Positions 19,859 through 29,508 of a stretch of DNA of 64,000 bases are shown here, one piece after another (within the stretch, counting starts at the first letter, position 1; the number at the start of each line of letters is the position of its first letter). The DNA comes from Nioella sp. (lineage in GTDB: Bacteria > Pseudomonadota > Alphaproteobacteria > Rhodobacterales > Rhodobacteraceae), in NCBI RefSeq assembly GCF_964229645.1, contig NZ_CAXREX010000182.1, positions 39,235 to 103,234 on the forward strand, given 5' to 3'. Below the pieces are notes generated by a model. The model did no database searches, was not told the origin of the DNA, and was given only the letters and a program-made list of their open reading frames with translations. The position numbers and the translations under genes were made by a program.

Positions 19859-21067
19859 TCAGTTCAGAGGATTGGGGTCTTCCACAGCCACCTCTGGCGG
19901 CCAGACCGTGACCTTCTTCGTGCCGCCTTCCTTCCATTGCGCGATCAGGTTCTGCGATCCGACGTTCCGGCCGTGTTCGTCGAACTTGATCCGCGAGAAA
20001 GGCGAGATCAGCTGATCGCCGGGGATGTCGATCTCAAGGATGGCGGCGCGAAGGTTCTCGGTCGTCAGATCCTGGCCGGCTTCAAGCGTCTTCTCCAGCG
20101 CAGCCTTCAGCGTGTAGGCACCGCGGTAGCACATCGACGCATAGCTGGACGGCACGATGCCGTGCTCTTCCTCGTAGGACTTCACAAATCGCTGGGCGCG
20201 GTCCATGTCGGGATTGAAGTAGTCCACCGTGCTGAGATTGACGTCCTCAATGAAGCCCCGGTCCACCAGTTGCGGGATGCGCACATCACCCGGGCCGCCG
20301 CCGATTCCGACAATGTAGGGTTTGAAGTCAAGCTGCTGCATTGCCTGGAGCCCGGTCACCACATCTTCGGTGTAGCCGGCCCAGATCACCACGTTGGCAC
20401 CCGACGTCTGCACCCGCTTGACCGGTGGCAGAAGGTTGCGATCGCTGCGCGAATACGGCGCGCTGGCGGCGATCTCGATGCCCCGCTCCTCCAGCAGAAC
20501 TTCGATCCGCTCGATGGTTCCGGCGCCGCGCGGGCTGTCTTCATAAAGCAGCGCCGGGACGACGTCGCCTTGCGTCATGAGGTGTTCCAGGAAAGACACG
20601 ACCGTGGACGCCTCGGAATCGGCTGTGATCTGGTCGGAGAAATACCATTTGTAACCGCGTTCGAGGAGCTCGGCCGACACCGCCGACGAGTTCAGGTAAG
20701 GAACCCGCGCCTGCTCGGCGAACTGCGCCGCTGCCGATGTGCCTGCGCTGATCTCGCAGCCAAGGATGATCGGCGCCCGCTCGAGGCGGGTCAACCGCTC
20801 CATCACTTGGCGCACCACACCGGGATTGCCCTGTGTGTCATACAGTTGGATCTTCAGCGGCCGACCGGCGACGCCGCCATCGGCGTTGATATGTTCAAGG
20901 GCAACTGCGATCCCCTTTTGCGCATCCTGTCCGGTCACGGCGACCGGTCCCGACATCGCGGCAATCGCCGGTATCACGATTTCTTCGGCCTGGGCCAGCG
21001 CAGGTGAAGACGTCAGCGGCGCAATGGCGACGGCCAGGCCGATAACGGCCTGTAGAAACTTGTTCAT
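19859..21067 (-). CDS. ABC transporter substrate-binding protein (LivJ/LivK, PBP1 family)
   Basis: Signal peptide, SGPVAVTG...INADGGVAGRPL..LYD, and IKFDEHG motifs. Confidence 0.88.
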   Translation of the reverse strand: MNKFLQAVIGLAVAIAPLTSSPALAQAEEIVIPAIAAMSGPVAVTGQDAQKGIAVALEHINADGGVAGRPLKIQLYDTQGNPGVVRQVMERLTRLERAPIILGCEISAGTSAAAQFAEQARVPYLNSSAVSAELLERGYKWYFSDQITADSEASTVVSFLEHLMTQGDVVPALLYEDSPRGAGTIERIEVLLEERGIEIAASAPYSRSDRNLLPPVKRVQTSGANVVIWAGYTEDVVTGLQAMQQLDFKPYIVGIGGGPGDVRIPQLVDRGFIEDVNLSTVDYFNPDMDRAQRFVKSYEEEHGIVPSSYASMCYRGAYTLKAALEKTLEAGQDLTTENLRAAILEIDIPGDQLISPFSRIKFDEHGRNVGSQNLIAQWKEGGTKKVTVWPPEVAVEDPNPLN

Positions 21068-21417
21068 TGTGGCTCCTCCCTGAAATCCCGCAAGTCCGAA
21101 AGCGGCATCTGCCGATGACAGGACTCCGGTACCCTAGGGTAAGCGGGGCGGTCAGCCTGCACCAAGACCTCCGGGCCGGGCGGGCCTTTTGCGCACAGAT
21201 GTGTTTTTTGATCTGCGGCGGTTGAGCGCTTTTGGCGACGCCGTTCTAATGGCCTGCGGAACCGCTTTCGCGAGCCGCTCCCGAAGCAGTGTGGGTCTTG
21301 CAGGGACGCTTCCGCAGGGTTGCCGCGCCGCGCCCTTGGGTTGCGGGCCGGCTGACCGCCGGACTGCGGCGCGCATTGCCGGCTCGAAGGGTGCGATACC
21401 GCAAAAGGAAAAGAAAA

Positions 21418-22620
21418 ATGGACAGCCAGCCGCAGCAGCCATCACCGCAGCAGCCAGCCGAGGGGGACGGCCCGCTTGCCGGTTACAGGGTGCTTGATCT
21501 TTCGGTCAACGTGCTGGGGCCGGTGGCGACCCAGATCCTCGGCGACATGGGGGCCGACGTCATCAAGATCGAGTCACCCGACGGCGACTACACACGCCAG
21601 GTGGGACCGTCGCGCAACCCGAAGATGGGGGCACTGTTCCTCAACGCAAACCGCAACAAACGCTCGGTCGTGCTCGACCTGAAGCAACCCGACGCGCGGG
21701 CCGCGCTCCTTGATCTGGTGCGTTCCGCGGACGTGCTGGTGCATTCGATGCGCCCTGGCGCCGCCGAACGGCTGGGCGTTGACTACGAGGCGATCCGCGC
21801 GGTCAATCCCGACATCATCCACGCCTCGGCTTCGGGTTTCCGGCTGGACAGCGAGCGCCGCGACTGGCCTGCTTTCGACGATGTGATCCAGGGCGCCAGC
21901 GGCGTAGCCGGGATAATGGCCCGGGCCAGCGGCGAGCCGCGCTATTTCCCCACCGTAATCGCGGACAAACTATGCGGTTACATCCTGGCATCGTCCATCG
22001 CGATGGCCTTTGTCTGGCGCGAGCGCACCGGCCACGGGCAGCAGGTAAACGTGCCGATGATGGATGCGATGGTCAACTTCAATCTGATCGAGCATTTCTG
22101 GGGCGCAACGCTCGACCGGCCCGATCTGGGCATGGGTTACAGCCGGGTATTCTCGCCTCATCGTCGGCCTTATCCGACGCAGGACGGGCACATCTGCGTG
22201 ATGGCGGCGATGGACAACCAGTGGCTGCGTCTCTTCGACGCCATAGGCCGGCCCGAGCTGCGCGACGATCCACGATTTGCCACAGCCGAGTTGCGCACCG
22301 ATCACATCGACGGGTTATATGGAATCCTCGCCGAGGCAATCGCGGGGAATACAACCGCCGAGTGGCGCCGCCGGTTCGACGCGGCCGACGTGCCGAATGG
22401 ACCGGCCAACAGCCTGGAGGATCTGCTGGTTGATCCCTACCTAGTTCAAACCGGGTATTTCGAGCGCCACGAGCACCCGACAGAGGGCGCCCTCGTGACG
22501 CCCCGGATACCGGTCCAGTTCTCGGATAGCCCCGGCCGGGTGCGCCGTCTGCCACCGCGGCTGGGCGAGCACACGGAGGAGGTTCTGTCCGAAATCCGCC
22601 TTCCGCGCGCCGACACCTGA
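21418..22620 (+). CDS. CaiB/BaiF class III CoA-transferase
   Basis: GPLAGYRVLDL, NRNKRSVVLDLK, catalytic PAFDDVIQ and PPRLGEHT motifs. Start reassigned to ATG 21418. Confidence 0.92.
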   Translation: MDSQPQQPSPQQPAEGDGPLAGYRVLDLSVNVLGPVATQILGDMGADVIKIESPDGDYTRQVGPSRNPKMGALFLNANRNKRSVVLDLKQPDARAALLDLVRSADVLVHSMRPGAAERLGVDYEAIRAVNPDIIHASASGFRLDSERRDWPAFDDVIQGASGVAGIMARASGEPRYFPTVIADKLCGYILASSIAMAFVWRERTGHGQQVNVPMMDAMVNFNLIEHFWGATLDRPDLGMGYSRVFSPHRRPYPTQDGHICVMAAMDNQWLRLFDAIGRPELRDDPRFATAELRTDHIDGLYGILAEAIAGNTTAEWRRRFDAADVPNGPANSLEDLLVDPYLVQTGYFERHEHPTEGALVTPRIPVQFSDSPGRVRRLPPRLGEHTEEVLSEIRLPRADT

Positions 22621-22793
22621 CGGAACCAGGCTAGGAGTGAAGTGCGTCGAATTCGCTGCCGGTCGTGCCCTTCGCTCATGGATTTCACGACGCCTGTCGG
22701 AAACTCGCGCCCAAATCAACCGGTTCCGGGTTGGCCAGGATCGGTTCGCGGCCAACCGGTCCCGACTGTTCCAGGCTTCCGGCTCCGCGCGTT

Positions 22794-23546
22794 TCACCGC
22801 GCGGTATAGCCGCCATCGACAACCATTTCGGATCCGGTCATGTAGGATGCCTCGTCGGAAGCCAGAAACAGCACCGCCCAAGCTACCTCTTCCGGCTCGG
22901 CAGGGCGCTCCATGATCGTTGTCCCAAGTATCTCCTTCTGACCGTCCGGGTCAGCCAGAATGTCTTCCGTCATCGCGGTGCGTACCACGCCCGGATGGAT
23001 CGAATTCACCCGGATGTTGAACGGCGCGTAATCCGATGCCGTCGATTTGGTAAGCAGTCGCACCGCACCTTTGGTCGCCTGATATGCCGCCGCCGAAGGC
23101 GCGCCGACCAGACCATAGATCGACGAAATATTGACGATTGCTCCAACGCCCGCGGCTTTCATATTCTCCAGCACCGCCCTGGTGCCAAGAAAAACCCCCT
23201 TTGCATTGATCGCGAAGATCTTGTCCCATTCCTCTTCCGACGTGTCCTGGACCGGCTTCAGAAAAGCGATGCCGGCATTGTTGACCAACACGTTGATGTT
23301 GCCGAATGCCTTTTGCCCTTCATCGATCGCCTTTTCCCAACTGGCGGCATCGGACACATCCAGATGCACCGCCATTGCGGTGCCCCCCGCATCCTTAATG
23401 TCCTGCACCACGGATTTTGCGCCCGTGTCGTCGACATCCGCCACGATGACCTTCGCACCTTCATCGGCAAAAATACGTGCCTCTGCGGCCCCCATGCCAT
23501 TGGCCGCACCACTGATCAGTGCAGTCTTTCCCTGGAGCCGTTTCAT
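22794..23546 (-). CDS. SDR closely resembling cyclopentanol dehydrogenase CpnA (alicyclic alcohol dehydrogenase)
   Basis: LKPVQDTSEEEWD, NISSIYGLVGAPSAAAYQATKGAVRLLTK and APFNIRVNSIHPGV match my recollection of Comamonas CpnA. GC is visibly lower than in the neighbours. Confidence 0.75.
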   Translation of the reverse strand: MKRLQGKTALISGAANGMGAAEARIFADEGAKVIVADVDDTGAKSVVQDIKDAGGTAMAVHLDVSDAASWEKAIDEGQKAFGNINVLVNNAGIAFLKPVQDTSEEEWDKIFAINAKGVFLGTRAVLENMKAAGVGAIVNISSIYGLVGAPSAAAYQATKGAVRLLTKSTASDYAPFNIRVNSIHPGVVRTAMTEDILADPDGQKEILGTTIMERPAEPEEVAWAVLFLASDEASYMTGSEMVVDGGYTAR

Positions 23547-23582
23547 GTCGATCATCCTTTAAGATTGCTGTGACGGCAGTTT

Positions 23583-23609
23583 AAAAAGGATGCGGCTTGC
23601 GTCCCGCAT
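23583..23609 (-). terminator. Rho-independent terminator between the ACAD and the CpnA-like SDR
   Basis: Minus strand: ATGCGG-gacgcaag-CCGCAT followed by cc-TTTTT. Confidence 0.5.
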
Positions 23610-23639
23610 GACAGAGATCAAGTCCCGCTCGGAAACATC

Positions 23640-24803
23640 TCAGAACGACCGCGGCATACCAAGGATATGCTCGCCGACATAAGACAGGACCAGGTTGGTC
23701 GAGATCGGTGCCACCTGATACAGCCGGGCCTCGCGGAACTTGCGCTCGACATCATATTCGCGCGCGAATCCAAAGCCACCGTGGGTCTGGAGACAGGCAT
23801 TGGCCGCTTCCCAACTGGCATCGGCGGCCAGCAGTTTGGCCATGTTCGACTGCGCCCCGCACTCCTGCCCGGCATCGAAGCGTCTGCAGGCCTCGAAGCG
23901 CATCAGGTTGGCGGCCTCGACGTTCACATAGGCCCTGGCGATGGGAAACTGCACGCCCTGGTTCTGCCCGATGGGACGGTCGAAAACGATGCGCTCACCG
24001 GCATAGGCGCGGGCCTTGTCCACGAACCAGTAGCCGTCGCCGATACATTCCGCCGCGATCAGGGTCCGCTCCGCGTTCAGACCGTCTAGGATATGATAGA
24101 AGCCACGCCCCTCGGTGCCAATCAGGTTCTCGGCGGGGATTTCGAGGTTGTCGAAGAACACTTCGTTGGTCTCATGGCCGGGCATGTTGGCGATGGGGCG
24201 GACCTCCATGCCATTGCCGATGGCCTCTTTAAGATCGACCATGAAGATCGACAGTCCCTGGGATTTCTTCTTGACTTCTTTCAGCGGCGTGGTGCGCGCC
24301 AGCAGGATCATCAGGTCCGAATGCTGGATACGGCTGATCCAGACCTTCTGACCGTTGACCACATACCGATCGCCCTTCTTGACCGCGGTGGTCTTGAGCT
24401 TGGTGGTATCGGTTCCGGTGGTCGGTTCGGTCACGGCCATGGATTGCAGGCGCAAGGCGCCGCTGGCGATGCCGGGCAGGTATTTCTGCTTCTGCGCGTC
24501 CGAGCCGTGCCGCAGGAGCGTGCCCATGTTGTACATCTGTCCGTGGAAGTGGCCGGCATTGGCGCCACAACGGTTTGCCTCTTCCATGATGATCGAGGCC
24601 TCGGTCAGGCCGAGGCCCGAGCCGCCGAATTCCTCGGGGATCATCGCCGCCAGCCAGCCTTCGCGGGTCAGTGCATCGACGAATTCTTCGGGATAGGTTT
24701 CATCCTCGCCGAACTTGCGATGATATTCCGGCGGGAACTGCGCGCACAGCGCACGAAGCGCGTCGCGCAGATCGTTATGGGTGTCGGGTGCCGAAGTCTG
24801 CAT
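23640..24803 (-). CDS. Acyl-CoA dehydrogenase (family often found in itaconate/methylsuccinate clusters)
   Basis: HGQMYNMGTLLRHGS, LRLQSMAVTEPTTGTDTT and YQVAPISTNL motifs. The subfamily assignment is from memory. Confidence 0.88.
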   Translation of the reverse strand: MQTSAPDTHNDLRDALRALCAQFPPEYHRKFGEDETYPEEFVDALTREGWLAAMIPEEFGGSGLGLTEASIIMEEANRCGANAGHFHGQMYNMGTLLRHGSDAQKQKYLPGIASGALRLQSMAVTEPTTGTDTTKLKTTAVKKGDRYVVNGQKVWISRIQHSDLMILLARTTPLKEVKKKSQGLSIFMVDLKEAIGNGMEVRPIANMPGHETNEVFFDNLEIPAENLIGTEGRGFYHILDGLNAERTLIAAECIGDGYWFVDKARAYAGERIVFDRPIGQNQGVQFPIARAYVNVEAANLMRFEACRRFDAGQECGAQSNMAKLLAADASWEAANACLQTHGGFGFAREYDVERKFREARLYQVAPISTNLVLSYVGEHILGMPRSF

Positions 24804-24806
24804 CGT

Positions 24807-25601
24807 TCAAGCCGCTCCCGGGCCGGAGGTTTCGAGGATTTCCTCTTCGGCGCGCTGCCACAATTCAAAAGAAATCGGATTCTCGCTTTCCTCAAGGATA
24901 TGACCGACCAGCCCGATGGCGCGTGCCATGACGCCAAAGCCGCGCACGATCTTCCAGGGGAAGCCGAATTCGCAGCAGATCGCACCGATCGCACCTGTGG
25001 CATTGATCGGCAGCATCTTGCCGGACTTTTCCTCGGCGACGGTCTGAATTTTCTGGATCAGTTCGATGTATTCGCCGGATTTTCCATTCTCGGCCGCGAT
25101 CTGGAACAGACGTGGCGCGCGCGGGTCAACCGGCTTGTGCACCGGATGGCCCAGCCCCGGAACGATGGCCTTTCTGGCGCGGAATTTTTCGACCGTCTCC
25201 AGCGCGATTGCGTCCAGATCGGCGCCAGTGCCCAGCTTGTCCTCGGGCAGTGCCTCGTAAAGCATCTTCGACGCGCCTTCCATCGAGCCGACAAACACCG
25301 TGCCCAGCCCGCAGAGCCCGGCCGCGACCGCCGCCTGAAGCGATTCCGGCGCGCCCATATAGGTCATCCGCGCCGCCAGGGCCGATGGCGTGATGCCATG
25401 TTCGACAAGGGTGATGATGATGGCGTTGAAGACGCGGCTTTCCTCGAGCGTGGCCTTGCGGCCCGTCAATTGCAGAAAGGCCAGATCGCCCAGGTTCATA
25501 TGGCCGAGGATCTCGTTCGGCAGGTCGAGCCCGCGCACGCAAATCTTGTCGGGGGTGCTCCAGCCGATCTTCGAGCTGATTTTTTCCTTGCGCTTGCCCA
25601 T
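24807..25601 (-). CDS. Citrate-synthase-fold 'citryl-CoA lyase'-like protein
   Basis: EHGITPSALAARMT and PGLGHPVHK motifs, PINATG in place of NVD. ATG 25601 overlaps the upstream stop (TAATG). Confidence 0.8.
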   Translation of the reverse strand: MGKRKEKISSKIGWSTPDKICVRGLDLPNEILGHMNLGDLAFLQLTGRKATLEESRVFNAIIITLVEHGITPSALAARMTYMGAPESLQAAVAAGLCGLGTVFVGSMEGASKMLYEALPEDKLGTGADLDAIALETVEKFRARKAIVPGLGHPVHKPVDPRAPRLFQIAAENGKSGEYIELIQKIQTVAEEKSGKMLPINATGAIGAICCEFGFPWKIVRGFGVMARAIGLVGHILEESENPISFELWQRAEEEILETSGPGAA

Positions 25602-26521
25602 TAGACTGGATCCCATGAAAAGACATCCGCCGAAACTTCGAGCGGTGTGAACTGCGGTTTGAGCGCGGGAATGGCGCGCTCGGCGATTTCATCGGCGGTC
25701 CAGCCGTCACCGGAGTGGACGGACCGGAGCGGGCGGGGCTGGTTGAACAGGAATATCTCGTTCATCCGCACTGCAAAGATTTGCCCCGACACATCCGCCG
25801 CGCGGTCGCTCATCAGGTAGCAAGCCATCGGCGCGACCTTGGCGGGGGTCATCTTCTTGACCTTCTCGACCCGCGTCTTCTGTTCCTCGGTGTCGGTCTT
25901 GATCGACGAGATCATCCGGCTCCAGGCGAAGGGCGCGATGCAGTTCGAACGGACGTTCCAGCGCTTGAGATCGAGCGCCACCGATTTCGAAAAGGCCGCG
26001 ATGCCCAGCTTGGCGGCGGAATAATTCGCCTGTGCGAAATTGCCGATCAGCCCCGAGGTCGAGGTCATGTGCACCAGCGCGCCGCTTTCCTGCTCGCGGA
26101 AATAGTCGGCGGCGGCGCGGCTTGTGTTGAAGGCACCGTAAAGATGGACCTTCACCACCGCGTCGAAATCCTCATAGGTCATCTTGTGGAAGAACCCGTC
26201 GCGCAGGATACCGGCGTTGTTCACGACGGCATCAATGCGGCCAAATTCCTTTACCCCGGCTTCGATCATCGCGCGCGCGGCGTCGGGGTCGGTGACGCTG
26301 CCGCCATCGGCAATCGCCTCGCCCCCAGCGGCCTTGATTTCCTCAACCACCTTCTGCGCTGCGGTTTCCGTCTGCCCGGTGCCCTTCAGCGATGCGCCCA
26401 GATCGTTGACCACCACGGCGGCGCCTTCTGACGCGGCCATCAGCGCGATATCGCGACCGATTCCGCCACCCGCCCCGGTGACCAGAACCACCTTTCCGTC
26501 AAGTGCCCTTGCCATATTCAT
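25601..26521 (-). CDS. SDR (MFE-2-like hydroxyacyl-CoA dehydrogenase family)
   Basis: TGAGGGIG, VVVNDLG, NNAGILRD, VHLYGAF and NYSAAK motifs. Confidence 0.88.
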   Translation of the reverse strand: MNMARALDGKVVLVTGAGGGIGRDIALMAASEGAAVVVNDLGASLKGTGQTETAAQKVVEEIKAAGGEAIADGGSVTDPDAARAMIEAGVKEFGRIDAVVNNAGILRDGFFHKMTYEDFDAVVKVHLYGAFNTSRAAADYFREQESGALVHMTSTSGLIGNFAQANYSAAKLGIAAFSKSVALDLKRWNVRSNCIAPFAWSRMISSIKTDTEEQKTRVEKVKKMTPAKVAPMACYLMSDRAADVSGQIFAVRMNEIFLFNQPRPLRSVHSGDGWTADEIAERAIPALKPQFTPLEVSADVFSWDPV

Positions 26522-26527
26522 TCTCCC

Positions 26528-27487
26528 TCAGCCTGCCTTGCGATATTTGTCGAGTCCGCCTGTGTGCATGACCCGGCCCATGAGCGGCGCGCCGATGATC
26601 TCTTCCGCCTTGAGGGCCGCCGCGATCAGCTTGTCCAGATCGATGCCGGTCTCGATGCCCAACTCGTGACACAGGAACACGGCGTCCTCGGTGCAGACAT
26701 TGCCCGCGGCGCGCGCGTGGCCGTGGCCCGCGAAAGGACAGCCGCCCAGCCCGGCGACAGAGCTTTCGAACATGTCCACGCCCATCGACAGCGCGGCATG
26801 GACATTGGCGATGCCCAGCCCGCGCGTGTCGTGGATATGCATGCCGATGCGGGCCTCCGGTGCCAGGTCGCGCAGCGCGCCGATCATCCGCTTGACAGCT
26901 TCGGGGTTGCCCCAGCCCATCGTGTCGGCGACCACGAGGATCGGCACCGGAATCTCCTCTTCCTCGCAAAGTTGCAGGATGAAGCGGAAATCGTCCAGGA
27001 TGCGCTCTTGCGGGATGGGGCCTTCGAAATTGCAGCCGAAGGCCGTCATCACATAGGCGGCGTCCACGGTGTAGCCTTCTTCCTTGTAAAGCCGGACCCA
27101 GTCGCGCTGTTTCTCGCGCATCTCGGCGGAGGAACAATTGTTGTTGGATTGCGCAAAGGCCTCGGAGGGGTAGAACAGCAGGCGCGGGTCGATATCGACC
27201 TCATGCGCGGTCAGCGCCTTGCGAAACCCCTTGTCGTTCAGCCAGAGCGAGGTGTAGTTGACGCCCGGCTTGCGCTTGATCCGCTGGAACAGCTCGCCGG
27301 TGTCGGCCATCTGCGGCACGTATTTCGGGCTGACGAAGCTGCCGACCTGAATGCGTTTCAAACCGGTCTCGCTGAGCATGTCGATCAACTCGATCCGCTC
27401 CTCGATCGGATAGATCTTCTTTTCGATCTGGAAGCCCTCGCGCGGGCCTTCCTCTCGGAATTCGACGAATTTGGGAAAGTCGCTCAT
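26528..27487 (-). CDS. HMG-CoA lyase-like DRE-TIM enzyme
   Basis: GPREGFQ (canonical GPRDGLQ), GSFVSPKYVPQMAD, HIHDTRG, GLGGCPFA and GNVCTED motifs. Confidence 0.85.
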   Translation of the reverse strand: MSDFPKFVEFREEGPREGFQIEKKIYPIEERIELIDMLSETGLKRIQVGSFVSPKYVPQMADTGELFQRIKRKPGVNYTSLWLNDKGFRKALTAHEVDIDPRLLFYPSEAFAQSNNNCSSAEMREKQRDWVRLYKEEGYTVDAAYVMTAFGCNFEGPIPQERILDDFRFILQLCEEEEIPVPILVVADTMGWGNPEAVKRMIGALRDLAPEARIGMHIHDTRGLGIANVHAALSMGVDMFESSVAGLGGCPFAGHGHARAAGNVCTEDAVFLCHELGIETGIDLDKLIAAALKAEEIIGAPLMGRVMHTGGLDKYRKAG

Positions 27488-27491
27488 CTCA

Positions 27492-29498
27492 TCACTCCTC
27501 GGGCGGCAGTATCTCGGCGATGACCTGGCCACGATCGACCATGTCTCCGTTCGAGACGGATATGTTGCTGGTGATCCCGGTCGCGGCCGCGCGGATCGAG
27601 ATTTCGAGTTTCATGGATTCCATGACCGCAATCACGTCGCCTTCGGTGACGGGCTGACCCTCGGTCACCTTGATCTCGACGATCATCCCGGTCAGCGGAG
27701 AAGCCACGGCACGGTCCGCCGCAGCATCGCCGCCGGCGTAGTCCAGAGGCGCGGCCGGATGGAAGATCAGGCGGCCCTCGGGCGTGTCCAGCTCGATCAC
27801 GCCCGCATGAAGCCGCGCGTCGATGAGGTGGACCGTGTCGCCCTGGCTCACACGCCAGCGGCCCGGCGTGGTTTCACGCACCGACAGGGTCGCCGCATCG
27901 GCGTTTTCCGCCAGGACGGTGTATCGGTCTCCGTGCTTGACAGGTCCGACGAGCAATTCCTCGGAGGCCCCGGCGGAATCGGTCAGCGTCACAGGCTGTC
28001 CGGCTTCGATCCGATCGCCCCCCAATCCAAGCCGCCAGCCGGTGAAGGTGTCGCGGTTGGTCCAGGGATCGGCATCGGTATCGCGGCGCGGCGTGGCCAC
28101 GAAAAGGATGGCGGCGGCGGCCTTCCACAACTCGGGGCGGGCAAGGGGGCCTGCCTGTGTCAGCGCGTCGAGCCTGCCGTCGATCCAGCGTGTGTGAACC
28201 TGCATCCGCTCGAATTCGGGGTCGCGCGCCAGCGCCGTCAGAAAGGCGCGGTTGGTCTGCACGCCTTCCACTGCGACGTGATCCAGGGCTGTCGCCAGCC
28301 GCGCCAGGGCGGTCTCCCGGTCCGGCGCGTGAACGATCAGCTTGGCGATCATGGGGTCATAGAAGGGGGTGACCGCGTCGCCCTCTTCGACACCGCTGTC
28401 GATGCGCAGACCCTCGGGCAGGCTGAGCGTGGTCAGGGTGCCGGTCGAGGGGGCGAATTGCATCGCCGGGTCTTCGGCGTAAAGCCGCGCCTCGACCGCG
28501 TGGCCGTTGATCGCCAGATCCTCCTGCACCAGCCCGAGGCCCGCACCTTCCGCAATGCGCAGGTGCAGCGCCACCAGATCCAGCCCGGTGATCGCCTCGG
28601 TGACGGGGTGTTCGACCTGAATGCGGGGGTTCACTTCGAGGAAAAAGTAGTCCTCGCCCGCCACCAGAAACTCCACCGTGCCCAGACCGCGATAGTCGAG
28701 CGTTTCGCCCAGGCGCACCGCGTCCTGCGCGATCTCGTCCAGAAGGGCGCGGGGCAGGCCCCAGGCCGGGGCCTCCTCGATGACCTTCTGGTGACGGCGC
28801 TGAAGCGTGCAGTCGCGTTCGAACAGGTGCACCACATGCCCCTTGCCGTCGCCCGCGATCTGCACTTCGACATGGCGCGCCTCGGGCAGGAACCGCTCCA
28901 GCAGCAGCCCTTCGGAGCCGAAGGTGGATTTTGCTTCGCGCAGCGCGCCTTCGATGTCCTCGACAAGCGTGGTCTCGTCGGTCACAAGCCGCTGGCCGCG
29001 CCCGCCGCCGCCGCCGACCGCCTTGAGCAGGACGGGCAGGCCCATTTCGCGCACCTCGTCGGCAATCTGCTGCGGATCGGACCACGCGCCTTCGGCGCCC
29101 GAGATCACAGGGACGCCAGCGGCCACGGCCGCCGCCTTGGCGCTGGCCTTGTCGCCGAACCGTTCGAGCGTGTCCGGCGTCGGCCCCATGAAGATCATCC
29201 CGGCGGCCTCGACCGCACGGGCGAAATCCGGGTTTTCCGCCAGAAAGCCGTATCCGGGATGGATCGCATCCGCGCCGACCGATTTCGCGGCGGCGATCAC
29301 CGCGTCGATCTTCAGGTAGCTCTCGGAGGCCGGTCCGGCACCGATGCAGACGGAATGCCCGATCTCGCGCACATGAAGCGCATTGGCATCGGCCTCGGAG
29401 TGCACGCCGACCGGGGTGATACCGCTGGCCCGCGCGGTACGCGCGATCCGGCAGGCAATTTCGCCGCGATTGGCGATGAGAAGCGTTTTGATTTTCAT
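27492..29498 (-). CDS. Acyl-CoA carboxylase alpha subunit (biotin carboxylase + BCCP), module 1
   Basis: LIANRGEIA, HPGYGFLAENP, RDCTLQRRHQKVIEEAP, EVNPRIQVEHPVTE and biotinyl ESMKL motifs. Start reassigned to ATG 29498. Confidence 0.93.
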   Translation of the reverse strand: MKIKTLLIANRGEIACRIARTARASGITPVGVHSEADANALHVREIGHSVCIGAGPASESYLKIDAVIAAAKSVGADAIHPGYGFLAENPDFARAVEAAGMIFMGPTPDTLERFGDKASAKAAAVAAGVPVISGAEGAWSDPQQIADEVREMGLPVLLKAVGGGGGRGQRLVTDETTLVEDIEGALREAKSTFGSEGLLLERFLPEARHVEVQIAGDGKGHVVHLFERDCTLQRRHQKVIEEAPAWGLPRALLDEIAQDAVRLGETLDYRGLGTVEFLVAGEDYFFLEVNPRIQVEHPVTEAITGLDLVALHLRIAEGAGLGLVQEDLAINGHAVEARLYAEDPAMQFAPSTGTLTTLSLPEGLRIDSGVEEGDAVTPFYDPMIAKLIVHAPDRETALARLATALDHVAVEGVQTNRAFLTALARDPEFERMQVHTRWIDGRLDALTQAGPLARPELWKAAAAILFVATPRRDTDADPWTNRDTFTGWRLGLGGDRIEAGQPVTLTDSAGASEELLVGPVKHGDRYTVLAENADAATLSVRETTPGRWRVSQGDTVHLIDARLHAGVIELDTPEGRLIFHPAAPLDYAGGDAAADRAVASPLTGMIVEIKVTEGQPVTEGDVIAVMESMKLEISIRAAATGITSNISVSNGDMVDRGQVIAEILPPEE

Positions 29499-29508
29499 GT
29501 CCCGCGCC

